A stretch of 64,000 nt of DNA, taken from NCBI GenBank assembly GCA_013265495.1, contig MU058844.1:750941-814940 (forward strand), read 5' to 3'. The DNA is from Vicugna vicugna. Taxonomy: Eukaryota. This document shows, in pieces, positions 1-13,743 of the stretch; position 1 is the first letter of the stretch, and each line of letters begins with the position of its first letter. The notes beneath the pieces were generated by a model that saw only the letters and a list, made by a program, of their open reading frames with translations, ran no database searches and was not told the origin of the DNA. A program made the translations under genes and the position numbers.

Positions 1-349
1 GTTCTTAGCATTCTCATCAGTGATCCAGACAGCAGATGAATAGTGTTTCCTCCTCTTCCACTTGAGAAAATTGCCGTTATCCCAGTTACATAAATTTCAC
101 AATTTTGAGTATTATTTTTCCTTGATGATTTTGCCAGATCGGGACACCTGTTCTCCAAACAGTTGTGATGTTCATGTTGAAGGTCTTTATGGGATTATTC
201 CATCTGAGAAATTACTATGAAAATGTAGTAACAAAGCTCCTAAGTGCCTTATTCTCTTGACCATACTCCTTCATTTGACTTCCTAAAAATTCCTACTTTC
301 CCTTGGCCTTTGTGGTAGCCATCAGTGCTGGCACCAGGTTTTGTCAGTA

Positions 350-560
350 TCTATCCCCCTATACCAGCATATGGCCCTGGAAGTTAGGCGGGCCATGTGG
401 CTTGCTCTGGCCAATGAAATGTGAGTAGGAGGGACATGAGTCACTTCTAGGTGGAAGCTTTAAGAGCCAGTGTGTGTTTCTCTACTGTATCCTCCCCATT
501 GTGCTGATGATGGGTCAGACTGAAGCCTCGATCTGCTCAAGATCTCCAAGTAATTTCTGT
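350..560. mobile_element. Old MaLR (MLT1-type) LTR fragment
   Basis: GGCCATGTGGCTTGCTCTGGCCAATGAAATGTGAGTAGGAG...CACTTCTAGGTGGAAGCTTTAAGAGCCAG is typical MLT1 sequence. Confidence 0.6.
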
Positions 561-2444
561 GAGTAATATATCCACATTTATTATTAATGAGAAGTCAAAA
601 TGATCAAAGGAAATGTTTCTTTGAAGTGCCTTGGCGAAATAACTGGCTTAGAGTGTATGTTTCAACTTCACCCCTTTTCTTTGAAGACGTTACTTCATAG
701 TGCATTATGATCTATGTGAGCAAGGGCGGCTTCAAAGGCCTGTGCAGGGTCAGCAGTCCTTCCCTAGAGTAAACATAAGTCTACTATGTCTTTGATTAGT
801 GCCCTTCACAGCCATCAGTCCCTGTCATTGTTAGAGACCCTAGACTCACAGTCAGAATTACAAGCTTTGCTCAGATAAAAGGCATTTATTCCTCAATCCA
901 AATAGTTATCTGAGAGTTGTCTCTGTTCCCTAGTCCTTCTTAGCTAGGTTATCCTTTGTCTCTCTTTTGTTCTTGATTTTTCCGCATTAGCTCCCTGCAC
1001 AGAGGCCCATTGTTATCTTTTATTTACCCATATCCAGAGCTGGGCTGTGGTGGATACCCCAAAAGTATGGTGACTGGCTAACCATTGGACTTTGTGGCTG
1101 CTGATCTTGCCTTGTCCCCTTGGCTTTGGAGCCAGGACTAAGCTTGGACAAAGTATAAGTTGGTTAACTTTGTTCTCAGATCCACACACCCCTCTTCATG
1201 CTTGGGTGACAACACTGCATTAGGCTACTGGGGATTGAATCTTGCACTATATTTACTAGCTGTATGACCTTGGGTAGATGGCCTAAAATCTCTAAACTTC
1301 AGTTTCCCGAAGCACGCTGGTCCCAACAGAGCATGCACACCTCAGCATGGCTCTGTCTTCTCTACTTGCTGATGTGTGTAAAACAGCTCTTCTGAAATAA
1401 TAAACACTTCATTTCTTTGTGAAAACAAAGTTTTTAAAAAGGATATCAGCTGGTGCCGGTGATACGAATAAAGGAAAAGTAATGAGCTCTAAGATCGTGA
1501 TGGTTCTTAGAAACTCATCTGAAATTTGGAATAAATAGAAAGTGGAACATTCACCTGGGCCATGCCCAATACCGATGAAGGAACTAGTCCACTACACACA
1601 CTCTGTGGAGAAAGGAAAACGTGATTTGTGAAATTGTTTTAGTAAAGACTCCAGCTAGCACAAAAATTGCTTACCAAGTGAGACATCAAGCTGTAGTGAA
1701 AGCCGGAAACGCAAAAGTGCTGTGAGACTGCACAGGGAGTGTGAGTCTCGATGGAACGGGGATGTGGGAGAGAGTGGGGGCCTGTCTGAACGTTTATATT
1801 CGCAGACTGAGGGATTTGTGTAAGGTGTCAGAAATGCGCCTGTCCAAAGTCAAGGGTCAGTTTTGCTCTGCTGGCTTGTGTTGGCCTCTGCATTTGTTGA
1901 TGGCCTGCTTGAGGGAAGGATTCTGTATTCATTACTGCTTTCTCTACAAACTAGCCCAGTGCCTGGCACATGGTAGGTGTTGAGTGTTGAATAAGTATTC
2001 AGGGAGTGAGTCATTGAGTGGATGCATCTCAGAAAACAGGTTCTAAGAACTAAACAGACAGCAGATAGGAAGTTTGTGGTCAATTATAACCACAGAGTTT
2101 CTGCCTAGGAACAGGGTGGGTGGGGGCATCTGGACTAAGGAAGCCCTCCCTGAGGCATTCCAGCTGAGAAGTTTGGAGTTCTGCAGGGACCTTGAATCCA
2201 GCATTGCAAAGGCTTACTTGTTCCATTGGTGAAGATGCGGGAGAAGGTGGATTAGAGACCCCTGGCCGAGCCAACCAGAAGGTTGGAGGAGCCACAGCTT
2301 TGTGGGAAGCATGGAGGCAAACTGGTGCCCAACCCTCTGAGGCCTCAGAGGGGAACTCCCCCTGCCTTGGGGATTAAGTTCTCTGCATTTAGAACACATT
2401 GAAAAATCCTTAGGTGAGGTACACAAGGCTCTTACCTGGATATG

Positions 2445-2650
2445 ACAGTGATGACTTATTGAGCACTTCCATTATGCTAAGTGTTTTATTTACCTCACCA
2501 ATTTAATTCTCACAATAACCCCAAAGGTGGGTACCCTTATTCTCATATTAAAGATGAGAACTGAGGGTTAGTAAGATTAAGCAACCACTATACCATAGAT
2601 CAGAGATTCAAATCCATGCTGTATGACTGCAAAGTCACATGCCATCAACC
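2445..2650 (-). mobile_element. MIR SINE
   Basis: TTATTGAGCACTT...TTTAATTCTCACAATAACCC...AAAGATGAGAACTGAGG...AGATTCAAATCCA MIR core. Confidence 0.7.
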
Positions 2651-2804
2651 ACTAAGAAAAATTCCTAACTTTATTTTATTTTTAGGTTAGGGTGTGTGAG
2701 TGTGTGTGTAAATACAAAACATCCTCCTTCATTTTATGGTTCTCCTACAAATGCAACTCCTTAGGCATACCTGTAAATTTTTAGGGCTAGGAAGTTAGTG
2801 CCCA

Positions 2805-3311
2805 GAGCAGAGAGGCTTTATGGTGGCTCCCATGATTTCTGCCTCCTGCTGTTCATATAATCCCTCCCCCTTGAGTGTAGGTAGGCCCTGAGACTTGCTT
2901 CTAACCAATGGACTATGGCAAAGAGGATGGAGTGTCACTCGTGACTGTGTTGGGTTATTAAGTCCATCTTCCCAGTAGACTCACACCAAGGTCTCTTACT
3001 CTCCCTCTTGCTGACTTTGAAGAAGCAAATTGCCATGAATCCTACAGTAGCAAGGAGTAAATTCAACAGACTGAGGCAATTTGGAAGCAGATCTGTTTTC
3101 AGGCAAGCCTCTGATGAGAACTCAGCCTTGGCCAATATCTTGACTGCAGCCTCATGAGACCTTGACTGCAGCCTCATGAGATCCTGAGCAGAGGACCCAG
3201 CTCAGCTGTGTCCAGACTCCTGACTCACAGGAACTATGAAATAATAAATGTGTGTTGTTTTAAGTCACTAAGTTTGTGTTAATTTGATACACAGCACAGA
3301 AAACTAACACA
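2805..3311 (+). mobile_element. MaLR MLT1 solo LTR (MLT1E/F-like) with a 22-bp tandem duplication at 3139-3182
   Basis: ACTTGCTTCTAACCAAT, GAGGACCCAGCT...AATAAATGTGTGTTGTTTTAAGTCACTAAGTTTG...AAACTAACACA terminus. Confidence 0.8.
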
Positions 3312-5669
3312 GAGGTCACTGCTTGGGGAAAAAAAAAAACCCTGCTATTGGATGAGTAGGCAGACATGTACATAGGGTTCAGAGGATGATGCAAGCCATT
3401 CTTGGGCTTTTTCCATTGAAGGAAATCAATCCATAAGAATCCTTTTCAGTGGGTGACAGGGACCTTTGTCTCTATTCTGCCTCCTTTTGTTCTCAGCTGG
3501 CCCTCTCCTTCTCAGCAGTCCCTCTGGAGACCTACCTCTCAAACTCACAGTAGAGCTGGGAGGGTTCAAGTCTCTTCCATTCTCTCCACTGGAGGGTCAT
3601 AAAAGAAAATGGCTTACCTGGTGCGGCCTCAGGGTGGAGCAGCTACAAGAGGACCATCTTTCTCTCACAGATATTAATCACTTCTAACCATGCATTTCTC
3701 TGCATTTTTATACCAGGAGATTCTCTTTCCATCTTCCATGTTACCAAAGACCCCCTTCTATTATTTTAGTATAAACCAGAGTCCAAAAGAGTTGTGAGTT
3801 AATTCCCTCACCCCCAGGGGAAAGAAGAAAATTCCATCAGGCCTCCCTCTTACCTGAAAAAAAAAAAAAAAAGGTTTATATTACTGAGAACAGGCAAATT
3901 GTAGGTTAAAGGCTAAATTCTTTCAGCTATAATGTAATAATAAAGCTTCTTTTTTTTTTAAAGATCAAACAAAGCCTGTGCTTAAACCAATTGCAGGTGC
4001 AAACACAATCACCATCCCTCTTGCTGTGGCATGTTTGTGCTGGCTGAAGTCTGAGGGATTCTAAGACTGAACTGTGCAGGGGTTTGGGTGGAGGGATGAT
4101 CATGAGCAGAGAGGCCAGTTGGCCTATTGACTGCCTACAAATTCCCTCCCTGCAAGCGAAACAATGGTGCCACCGACATTCCTCCCTCTGCTCAGTGAAG
4201 GGGCCAGGGGAAGAGTATGTATTTTGCCTGCTTTGTTGCAAGGAGGAAAGGGAGGGTTACTCTGTCCTAGATAAGGAGGCAAAGGTGGCATTCCTATATT
4301 TTTGTTGGATCTCTTTGCATGGACAACCTCACCTGTCAAAACATGATGAAAAATGCAGTTGGAACAAAGAAGAAAGAGGCAGGAACCAGTGAGAAGATGG
4401 GTTGAACCAATCCAGGCCTTAAAACACCATCTGTAATTTCATTTTATAGCTGCTGACCTTACCATTTTGGGCTAAATTGTGTTTGTGAGTGTGGGTGTGT
4501 GTTCATATATCTATCTTTTATGGCTAACTAAGGAATCATTATATCTAGGCCAATAGATACTCTAACATACTGTCCTGTGTTCTAAATGAGTAACTTCTAG
4601 ACAGTGAGGATAAGACATATTAACTTGCTTTGTGTAATATTTTTTGCCACCTGACTATGTATCTAATATTTCTTAGCTTTCTTTTTTTAAGATGTAGTTT
4701 TGTAAACAAAATGCTTTCAGAGTTACCTCATTTGGTGATGTGAACATTTGCTCATCCTCATCTTCTCTAAGGATCCCTCAGATCTACTTCTCTTAACTTC
4801 CAGGTTCAGTCCAACACCATTGGGTCCCTCAGAATTGCATGATGTCCAAGCCTGTCCATCCCTCGGGCTTTGCTCTCTGATTGGATTCCAAGTTCTCCCC
4901 ACTCCCAGCACTTCTGGGATTCTGCAGCTGCCCTCCTGCCCTTCACTCTGTGATCAGCTAATGCAACATTTTCTCCAAATATTTCCTTACCCTGCTTGCC
5001 TTAACAGAGACCCAGAAGTCTCCTGAAGACATTTCTTCCCCTGCAGCCTCTTGGAGGGATAGCATAGTTTTCTGTGTCATCTATTTTCTTTTTCCTTTTT
5101 CCTTTCTCATGTCCACTTGTACCTTAAGTTTGAGAAGTAGAAAAAGCATCCCCCTGGCTCCTTATTGGTGACTGCAAAGCATTTCTCTCCCTCCTTCCTG
5201 AAACTGCTCTCTCTTGCCCCTTCCTCCCACCTTGGACCTGTCATTTCCTTGACTTATTCTTATTACTGTTCATTGAAAGGAATTTACTTGAGCCCCTGAC
5301 CTATGCACTTCCTCTCCACCCACTCCCACTGTCTTCCTGTGACCTCAGCTCTCACAGGTGACTTTCTCTATACCCAGGTTGTTAACTCCCTCATCCCCCT
5401 CCACTCGAGCTCAGCTACCCACCCTCTTGGCATCCCCTGAACCTTTTATTCACATCACCAGGAACTGCTTCCTTTCTGTAATCTCCAACCACTACCTCCT
5501 TTTTAGTAATCAGCTGACTTGCTTTGTAGCTACACTTATTTTACCTTAGGAGTAAAATCTACCATTTAGAAAGAATTATCCATAAGCTTCCCCTCATCTC
5601 CATTTTCTTCCTCATCCATCACAGAGTTCATATTCATCGACATCAGTCCCTTAAAAATAGTCTTGGCTC

Positions 5670-6725
5670 ATTGGCCATTCATGGTCAAAAGTAAACCTTC
5701 ACCTAAACCTCATACCTTATACAAAAATTAACTCAAAATGGACCATGGATTTAAATGTAAAATGTAACCTGTGAAACCTTTAGAAGATGACATAGAAGAG
5801 AGTCTTTGGGACATAGGACTTGATGAAGAGTTCTTCGATACATTACCAAAAGCACAATCCATAAAAGAAGAAATAGAAAAACCAGACTTCATCAGAATTT
5901 AAACGTTTTGCTCTGCAAAAGGCCATGTTGCGGATGAAAAGACAAATTAAAGGCCGGGAGAAATACTTGCAAGTCACATAATCTAACAAAGGACTAATAT
6001 TTAGAATATATATATAACTCTCAAGCTCAATATTAAAAAAATTCCAACTTGAAAATTCGCAAAAAAAAATGATTTTTTACCAGAGAGGATATATGGATGG
6101 TAAATATGCATTTGAAAATATGTTCAACATTGTAAGCCAGTAAGGGAAATGTAAATTAAGACCCATCACTTATCTAATACACGTATTAGAACAGGTAAAA
6201 TAAAAAATAGCAACAACTGGGGGAGCGTATAGCTCAGGGGGAGAGTGCATGTCTAGCATGCACAAGGTCCTGGGTTCAATCCCCAGTACCTTAAAAATAA
6301 ATAAGTAAATAAACCTAATTATCTCCCCTCCAAAAAAATTAAAATTAAATTAAAAAAATAGTTACAACATACTGATATAAATAGTTGAATAAATAAATAA
6401 ATGGAAGACAATAAATGAATCTCCTATCCAGAATCCAAATAATTTCTGTAGGTACTCCACCCTGCAGAAGGTGATACATGTAAGTGTGGGCTGCACGTGG
6501 TGACTACCTCCCAAAGAGCACATTGTGGAAAGGAGGGGTTGTGGGAGAATCATCTTGCAACAGGGAAAATAACAAACACAACCTCAGCCAGATGATTAAG
6601 GTTGATGTTAACAGGGATTAAGTTATGTTGATAGTATGTACCCTTGATAGGATGTGTGGTCTTTACCTGTATGGTCTTCTTGCCCAAATACTATAACACC
6701 AGTCTAAGCATGAGAAAATATCTAG
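5670..6725 (+). mobile_element. Old L1 (L1MC-like) ORF2 3' part and 3'UTR, interrupted by a SINE
   Basis: CCTCATACCTTATACAAAAATTAACTCAAAATGGA... is L1 ORF2 sequence; L1MC-type 3'UTR follows after 6360. Confidence 0.75.
6219..6359 (+). mobile_element. tRNA-derived SINE (camelid Vic-1-like)
   Basis: A box TAGCTCAG, B box GGTTCAATCCC, AT-rich tail, imperfect TSD AAAAAATAG..ACAAC. Confidence 0.85.
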
Positions 6726-8277
6726 AAATCAAGTAAATGTTTAACAGAGCCTTGAGGCTAGCATTTCTATCCCTAAAACCAGTGCTTTTTCTCCATTGCT
6801 TAGGTTACAAATGGAAAGGTGCTTTATGGTGGATGTGAATTCAGCCTACAACCACACTTACCCTCAGGCTGCTTTGGACCACGTGACATTCAGAGATTCA
6901 AAGACTAAATAACCCACAGCAGTGGTACCCAACACTGGTCAGGGACAGAGTTTTTACTTGCCTTTAGAACCCCAAGTGTAGAAATGTCTAGCTTCCCTCT
7001 GTAAGGTAGGGAGGGCTGTAACAGTTTTGTCTGAAGAGTAGGAGCAGTGACTGGGGAGTGCTCTTGGCTTACTTCCTACGGCCCAGGCACTCAACTAGTC
7101 TTCCTACCTGCCCATTGTGGGCAAGGTGAAAGAAAGGGCTTAGGAACGTGGGAGCTGTTGTTCCCTAGCATCTTGGTTTGCCTGGACTATTTCAAACTAG
7201 TTGAAATAGTTTTAAGACTGATGATTTCATTTTTGCTCATATCAAAGTGAAATGGAATTTTTGACAGTAGTAGTGATAAAAATGAAACACCAAAACAAGT
7301 TATACATTACAGCTCTTCCTCATGAGGAAAATCAAGTACAAATGTATCAGATACATATAGTGCTACCATATTAAAAGAAAACTTATACCAAGGACACTTA
7401 ACATACATTGTATTATAAAATAGATTTTAATGTTGTAAATATTTCTGTATTTATATAAAACTATAAATATATCCTTTAAAATAATCTCTGGTTAACAAAC
7501 AGTGTTTCCTGGGAAGAGCTTTCTTTTGTTCTGAAATTACGAATTTCCTACACTTTTGGTGTTGAAATTTCCTTTCCTTTCTGAAATGATGGAAATGGTA
7601 GCTTTTTGTTACTGTTGTTGTTGGCAAAATGAGCAGTTTGGCAACTCTGTGTTAGCTCTCAACTGCTTTGGGAAGTTTGTCCTGAGAAAGTTAAGTCTGG
7701 GAACCACTAACCTAAAAATGCTCTCATTGTAAAATACAGGAGAATTAAAAAGACAAAAATAAAAATAATTCTATGTAAATTAAGAATTTAGAAAATGTGG
7801 TTTCATAAGTTTGTGTTTCACATAATCCATTGTGTAAAATTTCATTCTCCTACCATTTCTCTACTAGGTTATATTATAGACACGAAGTCTTAAAAGGACT
7901 TAAATGGTAGAACTGGAATATAGTATAGCTACATAGTATATCACAATTTTTTAGGATATACATTTTTCACTGATTAATATGTTATAAAGTTTTTACTGTG
8001 GTTTTCATTTGTTGTTGTTGTGTGTGTTTGCTTTAATACCTCTGTTCTTGCTGTCACCCGAGTCCTATGCAATAGTGAAGGTTGCAAAATGTTTTCTATA
8101 ATAGTTGGAGTGGTTTCTTATGTTTATATAAAAATAAAACTCAAGTGATGAAAAATGCGGAAATATGCTTCTGAGGTTAGTCATTTTCCCCTTTACATTG
8201 TATAATATAAGCAATATGGCCGTTTCACGAATGTTGAAAATATTTCCTTATGAATTTTGCATCCTACCTGGGACATT

Positions 8278-8429
8278 TTTTAAAGTATAGTTGATTTTAC
8301 AATATTGTGTTAGGTTCAGGTGTACAACAAAGTGATTCGGTTACACATACATATGTACATGACTATATTCTTTTTTTCAATTCTTTTCCATTATAGTTTA
8401 TTACAAGATATTGAATATAATTTCCTGTG
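8278..8429 (-). mobile_element. 5'-truncated L1 3' end
   Basis: TTTAAAGTATAGTTGATTTTACAAT...GAATATAATTTCCTGTGCTA. TSD CTACYTGGGACATT at 8264-8277 and 8430-8443. Confidence 0.85.
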
Positions 8430-10364
8430 CTACTTGGGACATTCTGAGTATGGGTGTACTTTTGCTTTGCTCAGCTGCTTAAAGACTTTGTAAGGATGTA
8501 AAAACAGGGCACCGATTGGATTTTCCCTTCATTTCAGTCCATGCCCCAGTTCAAATGAATCTCATTTTGCCTCATTAGAAAGCAGATTCCTTTACTCCAT
8601 TCTATCCCATCTCCATTTCAATGAGCTATACAGGGGAAATGCAATTTCCATGACACCTGTGGTTTCAGAATGAGACCGTTTGCAGAGGCTGAGTGTTTCA
8701 CCCACAGCAGGTAGTTTTACATTAACCTGTGTTAATAGCAAAATTGGAAAAGGTAGCTTGTGAGCAGTTCCCTGCTGAAGCTGGGGACTGAAATGTGCAG
8801 CACTGTGCCCTCTATTTTTTTTGAAAATTCATTCCCCTTTGGATTACTTGGGTGTTCCAAAATTTACCTGGACTATAGTTTTTACTGTTAGTATTTAGAA
8901 ACAACTTAATAGTGACTACTTAGATATAATATGTTGCAGTTATCACAACTTAAGTATAATTGGATTTTTGTTAGAAATAAGTAGATGAAAAAAAGTAAGG
9001 TCTTAATTTGGGTAGATCCTTATATTTAAGTAAACAGAGAGTAAATTCTTTATTGGTGTCAACCACTTTCAAATACTGAAATATCTGAGGGAACTTTCTT
9101 TGTAGAAAAAAAGTGATCTAGGATATATGGCAATATTGGTGAGGCTGAGCACAGTAAATGAAGGAGCCAAAGATCTCAATGATGATGAATACATGAAAAT
9201 ACAACATTGAGAACATTTGGAGACAATCAAGTTGGGAGATGGAAAATAAATTCATAGAAAATCACTGTAAGACACAAAAATTCACAAACATTTTAATCTA
9301 ACACCTATATATGTGTATTAAGTTCTTGCTAAAGAGTAGAAGAGGTTAATATTTTTATCAAGAAAGAACCCTTAGCAGATTCACAAGTAATACTTTTATG
9401 TATTCTTCCATTGTGAAGGATACACATTTTTTGGCTTAAGGAAGATCTCATGCCTTACACAGTTTCACTGTGGAAAAAATAATATTGACCAAGCCTCTGA
9501 TCCTGCCTGACATTAAATTGATACAAATGTAAAATCATGGAATTTTTCAGCTGGAAAGTACCTTTGGATGACATTTAAAGGCATTTAATAACTTGTGACC
9601 TTCTCCACAGTTATCATTTACAAGAAGTAACAATAAATGTCCTAAAGATAGAAAGTTTAAATAATTATAATGGACAATAGCAATATGGGGTCCTAGTTAA
9701 TAAACTTGTGAGTTCTCTTTTCTACTACTGGGTAAAGCCCTTAAGGAATTCTAAACTTTTTGAAGGGAGCAACACTTTGGAGACAACAGTCTGGCTGCAG
9801 TGTTATGCCTAGAGGAGACTTGACAACACGAAATCCCAGAGCCACTTAGTGATAAAGCCAAGTTCAACAGGAGGAAAGACCATAGACTTCCTGACAGTAG
9901 AGAATGAGGGCCCCTATACAGGGAAGCAGCCTTGTGCCATAGCACAGGATAGTCTCTGAGGAGGGTGGAACACACTGAAGACCTCGAATAAACCAAGAGA
10001 TGAGGAACCCAGCCCAGACCCAACCATCCTTTGAAAGGCTCTTTGTTTGTTGATCATCTCCTTGGTGAGAAAGTTTGTTAACTTATATCGGAAACTGCTG
10101 GAGTACAATTTATAACTTGCAGTATATAAAGGAACTTAAATAGCTGCTTGGAAACCTGGAGACTGTATACTAAAGTGTCCAGGACCTCCAGCCCTGGATG
10201 CCAGCTGTCTGAGTTTGTTTGTAGGGTGAGAGAGAGACAGGGCAGGGAATCACCATGCTAGTCTTTGTATGTCATGCCGAAGATAATTTGGTTTTAATCA
10301 TAACAGCACTGAGACATCAAACCAAGGGTTTGAAATGGAGAAGGGTGTGTTTGAATTTGTACTT

Positions 10365-10560
10365 GAAAAACCTGTGTGACTCCTACCAGTGTCCATCACT
10401 AGTTGTGTGAACCAGGGAGAGTTATTGATCCTGTCTGTGCCTTGGACTCTCCATCTGTGAACCGGCACTCACCTTTGACTGTCGATATGAGGAGTCAATG
10501 CGATCATGCTTTAAAGTGCCCAGAGCAATGCCTGGGACACGGCAGGCACTCAGTGGATGA
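10365..10560 (+). mobile_element. MIR SINE
   Basis: CATCACTAGTTGTGTGAACCAGGG...CTGTGCCTTGG...CCATCTGTGAA...GCCTGGGACACGGCAGGCACTCAGT. Confidence 0.65.
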
Positions 10561-12249
10561 AAATGGCATTCAGCTGTGCATTCTCCACATTAGGACCAAG
10601 TGGTCATCATAAGTGGGAAAAAGAAAAAGACTCAAGGCGAACTGAAAGGTTGATGATAGAGAAAAAGAGCAATTGAAGAGTGTTCTCTGGACCTGTTTTG
10701 AGTTAGTGATAAGTGGGAGACACAGAGGAGGAGACACTCTGGGCTTTGAAATTAGACTCCAGAGAACACCCACCTTTCATACACGGCCCTTTGAAATACT
10801 GTGTCATCCTGTTCTTTTAGGTGCTGATAAATTTTCAGCAGATCTACTTTGAGTTGGGCTGTTTTCTTGGAATGTCTAGTGCCCAGTTTATTCTCTGAAC
10901 TACAAGAATGTTGATCATAGAAAACTCACATGGAGGAAAGACTCTCAGTTTGGCATATGAAGCTCGTTGAAAGCTGGGCCCAACCTAAATGAAATTCCTA
11001 CAGCCCCTCAACCTGAAGGATGCTTGACATACTTCCTTCAGTGGTTCAACATCAAGTCCAGGCTCCCTAATGACGCCACCTGGACCCTTCCAATTCAGCC
11101 TCCACCTGTGTCTTCAAGGTCATTCCACATGCTCTCACAGCAATAGTGAATGACCTGTAGGTTCTATTCTTTCTCCCTACACTCCAAGTGCACCTTCTAA
11201 CCTGTGCTTTTGCTCAGAAGGGTCCTGCCAATGCTGCTTGACCATTATGGCCCATGTGACCTACTTTCCTCCACCAGGAAGCCTTCTCTGATGCTGCTGA
11301 CTAGGAAAAGTAGCCCCTTTTCATATCCTGCCCTCACAAATCACATTTCTGTTTCCTCCAGTTGCCTCTACGCTCCTTGTATCAATTGTATTCACTGCCT
11401 GACTTACAGAAAACTCTCATTACAACAAGTGAGCCCTTTGCTCCATGCCTAATGGCTCACTCTCTGTCCCTGTGCTTATCTCTGTTGCTAGGATAAGTTC
11501 CTTTCATTTTCAGAATTACTGCAACTCTTGATCCATGTATTATGTGCCTCTTCGTATTGCTACTTATTTCACTGTCTCTAAATTAGGCCTTTCCATAATC
11601 CAACTATTTGAGAGAAAGACAGTAGCTTATACATCTCTTTATCCCAATAACTTTAATTTAATATCCAACCCATGGGGTGCTTGCTAAATAATGGTCAGTG
11701 ATGAAGATGTTGATTTGTGTCTTCACTCTGGTATCTGTCCTCCAGGCACCTAATCTCAATCATCCTTAAAGTTTTCCTCCTCCATGGATTCCTGTGGTGT
11801 TTACTGCTTTTGTTTTTCTTTAGAATATGTAATCATTCACTGTTGTTTACTTTTATTTAGTTACTTTGTATCTTGTACATCTGTATCTCATGCAAGTGGA
11901 TGTTTTTTTTTAACCAAAATTGGGTCTATGCCTCATATTCTTTTTGTAATGCTTTCCTCCCCTAATATGTAAACTCTTCCTTGTTAGCTTCATTAAATGG
12001 AGATAAGCAGGAATGAAATGATTTTTTAAATGTAGATGAATGCCTTGTGTATATGATGTGTGGGTTTGGTTGATTTGGGAGTGATAATGTACAACTAAAA
12101 GGGCTTTCTGTAAAACTGTATCTAAGGGTTAGTTGCTTAACTAATTGTTGTATTCATTAATGAAAATGCTGAGAACACTTCAGAAAAGTAGGACAAAGTA
12201 GGTCAAAGGTAAGAATCACAAAACCACTTATCTGACCAGAGAAAGCAGT

Positions 12250-12450
12250 GACACGTGTGAGTAGAGTGTGGGCTGTGGCATCGAACAGTCTGGGTTCCAC
12301 TCCTTGCTCCCCCCATTCACTGTGGGACTCAGGCAAGTAATGCAGTTATTCCAAACCTTGGTTCCTTCCCTGTACCTACCACACAGGATTATGGTAACAA
12401 TTAAATGAGCTAATGTATACAGAACACTTAATTCAAGGCCTGGGATAAAT
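12250..12450 (+). mobile_element. MIR SINE
   Basis: AGAGTGTGGGCTGTGG...CTGGGTTC...GGCAAGT...ATTAAATGAGCTAATGTAT. Confidence 0.65.
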
Positions 12451-13743
12451 TGGCTATTGATAATGAAGATAAGGATGCAAAATAAGGATGCAAGAGATTG
12501 AAGGGTAGAATTACTGATGGTCAGTAATTAAGGAGGCAGGAAGCTTTTCATGGGGGCTGAGAAAGGGTATGAATGAAACTGGAGGCTATGGGGAAAAAGA
12601 TGAATGAAATAGTGAAGAGCTGCCCACTGAAGGAGGAGTGCCTAATGGGAGAAAAATTAAGGGAAGGAATTTCAAGATGTGGAAAAGTTTAAGGTGGGGC
12701 TTGTTAGAAAGGAGTATAAAAGGAAAGGGAAGGAGTACTGAACAGGGGTGGGAGAAACTACCTAAACTCCCCAGTGCCACATTGCCGCTCATTCAGAAAA
12801 TACTGAGGGTGCTCTGCCCTTTGTCAGCAGCATGAAAACCAGCTGATCCACCGGGAGGTAATCCAACACCGCCAGTGAGTCACGTTGCTATGGAGATGGT
12901 GGTCAGGGAGGCACAGAGACAGAAGAGATCTCAAAGGTTATCTGATGGATCATCTGGCTCTGTTCTCTTACCTTCAAATCTATGTTCAGTGTCTATATAA
13001 ATAAATGTCTAGTCCAACGATTTACTTATCAATGCCCAACGAAATACCATGTGGACAACACCTCAAATTCTTCACATTCACAACAAAGCCCATTATCTCT
13101 CCCAAACTCTTTGACACCACCTCCTTCTCTGTCTTGGTTAATGGTACCGATTCTCCTAAATTCTAGGTTAGAAAAGTTACCTCCATCTTCTGTCTCTCCT
13201 TTTCTTGCATCTTTTGGCATCCAGTCAGTTGTCCCTGCAGTAACTCTTGTATTCATCTTCTTTTCCTCTCCCCTTGCAACTGCTTTAGTCTAGGACTTTG
13301 TTTGCCTAGAATTTCAGAACGGAAGAGATTTCATTCACCAGAGGTTCAGAGTGGTTAAGTGACTTGCCCAAAGTCATACAGGGAGCTAGTGGGCCAGTCA
13401 AACCAGTAAGACAAGCCTATGGGTTAATCAGTTTTTCTTCCAGTTTCTGATGTTTGAGGTGCATAAAGATATCTGCACAGCAAAATTGACTTGGTAGACC
13501 TCAGAGTCTCCAGGGGCAAGCTCATGACTTTAACTTGTACCTCTCAGCAAATGACTGCCAAATCTATCCTCCAGCCTAATTTTTTCCCTAAACCTAGTTT
13601 CACATTTCCTATAGCCTATTGAACATCTTCAATCAAATGCCCACTTATGCTTAAAAAATACTATGTCTAAATGGAAATGCCTCACTTTCCTTCTATCCAC
13701 CCGGGAAGGCAGAGTGTAGTGATAAATTGAGAACTGGAATCTA

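Noticed and set aside
6219..6290. tRNA gene calls for the A/B-box sequences (also 38259, 40865, 53554)
   Set aside because: They have degenerate stems, AT-rich tails and TSDs, so they are SINEs rather than tRNA genes.
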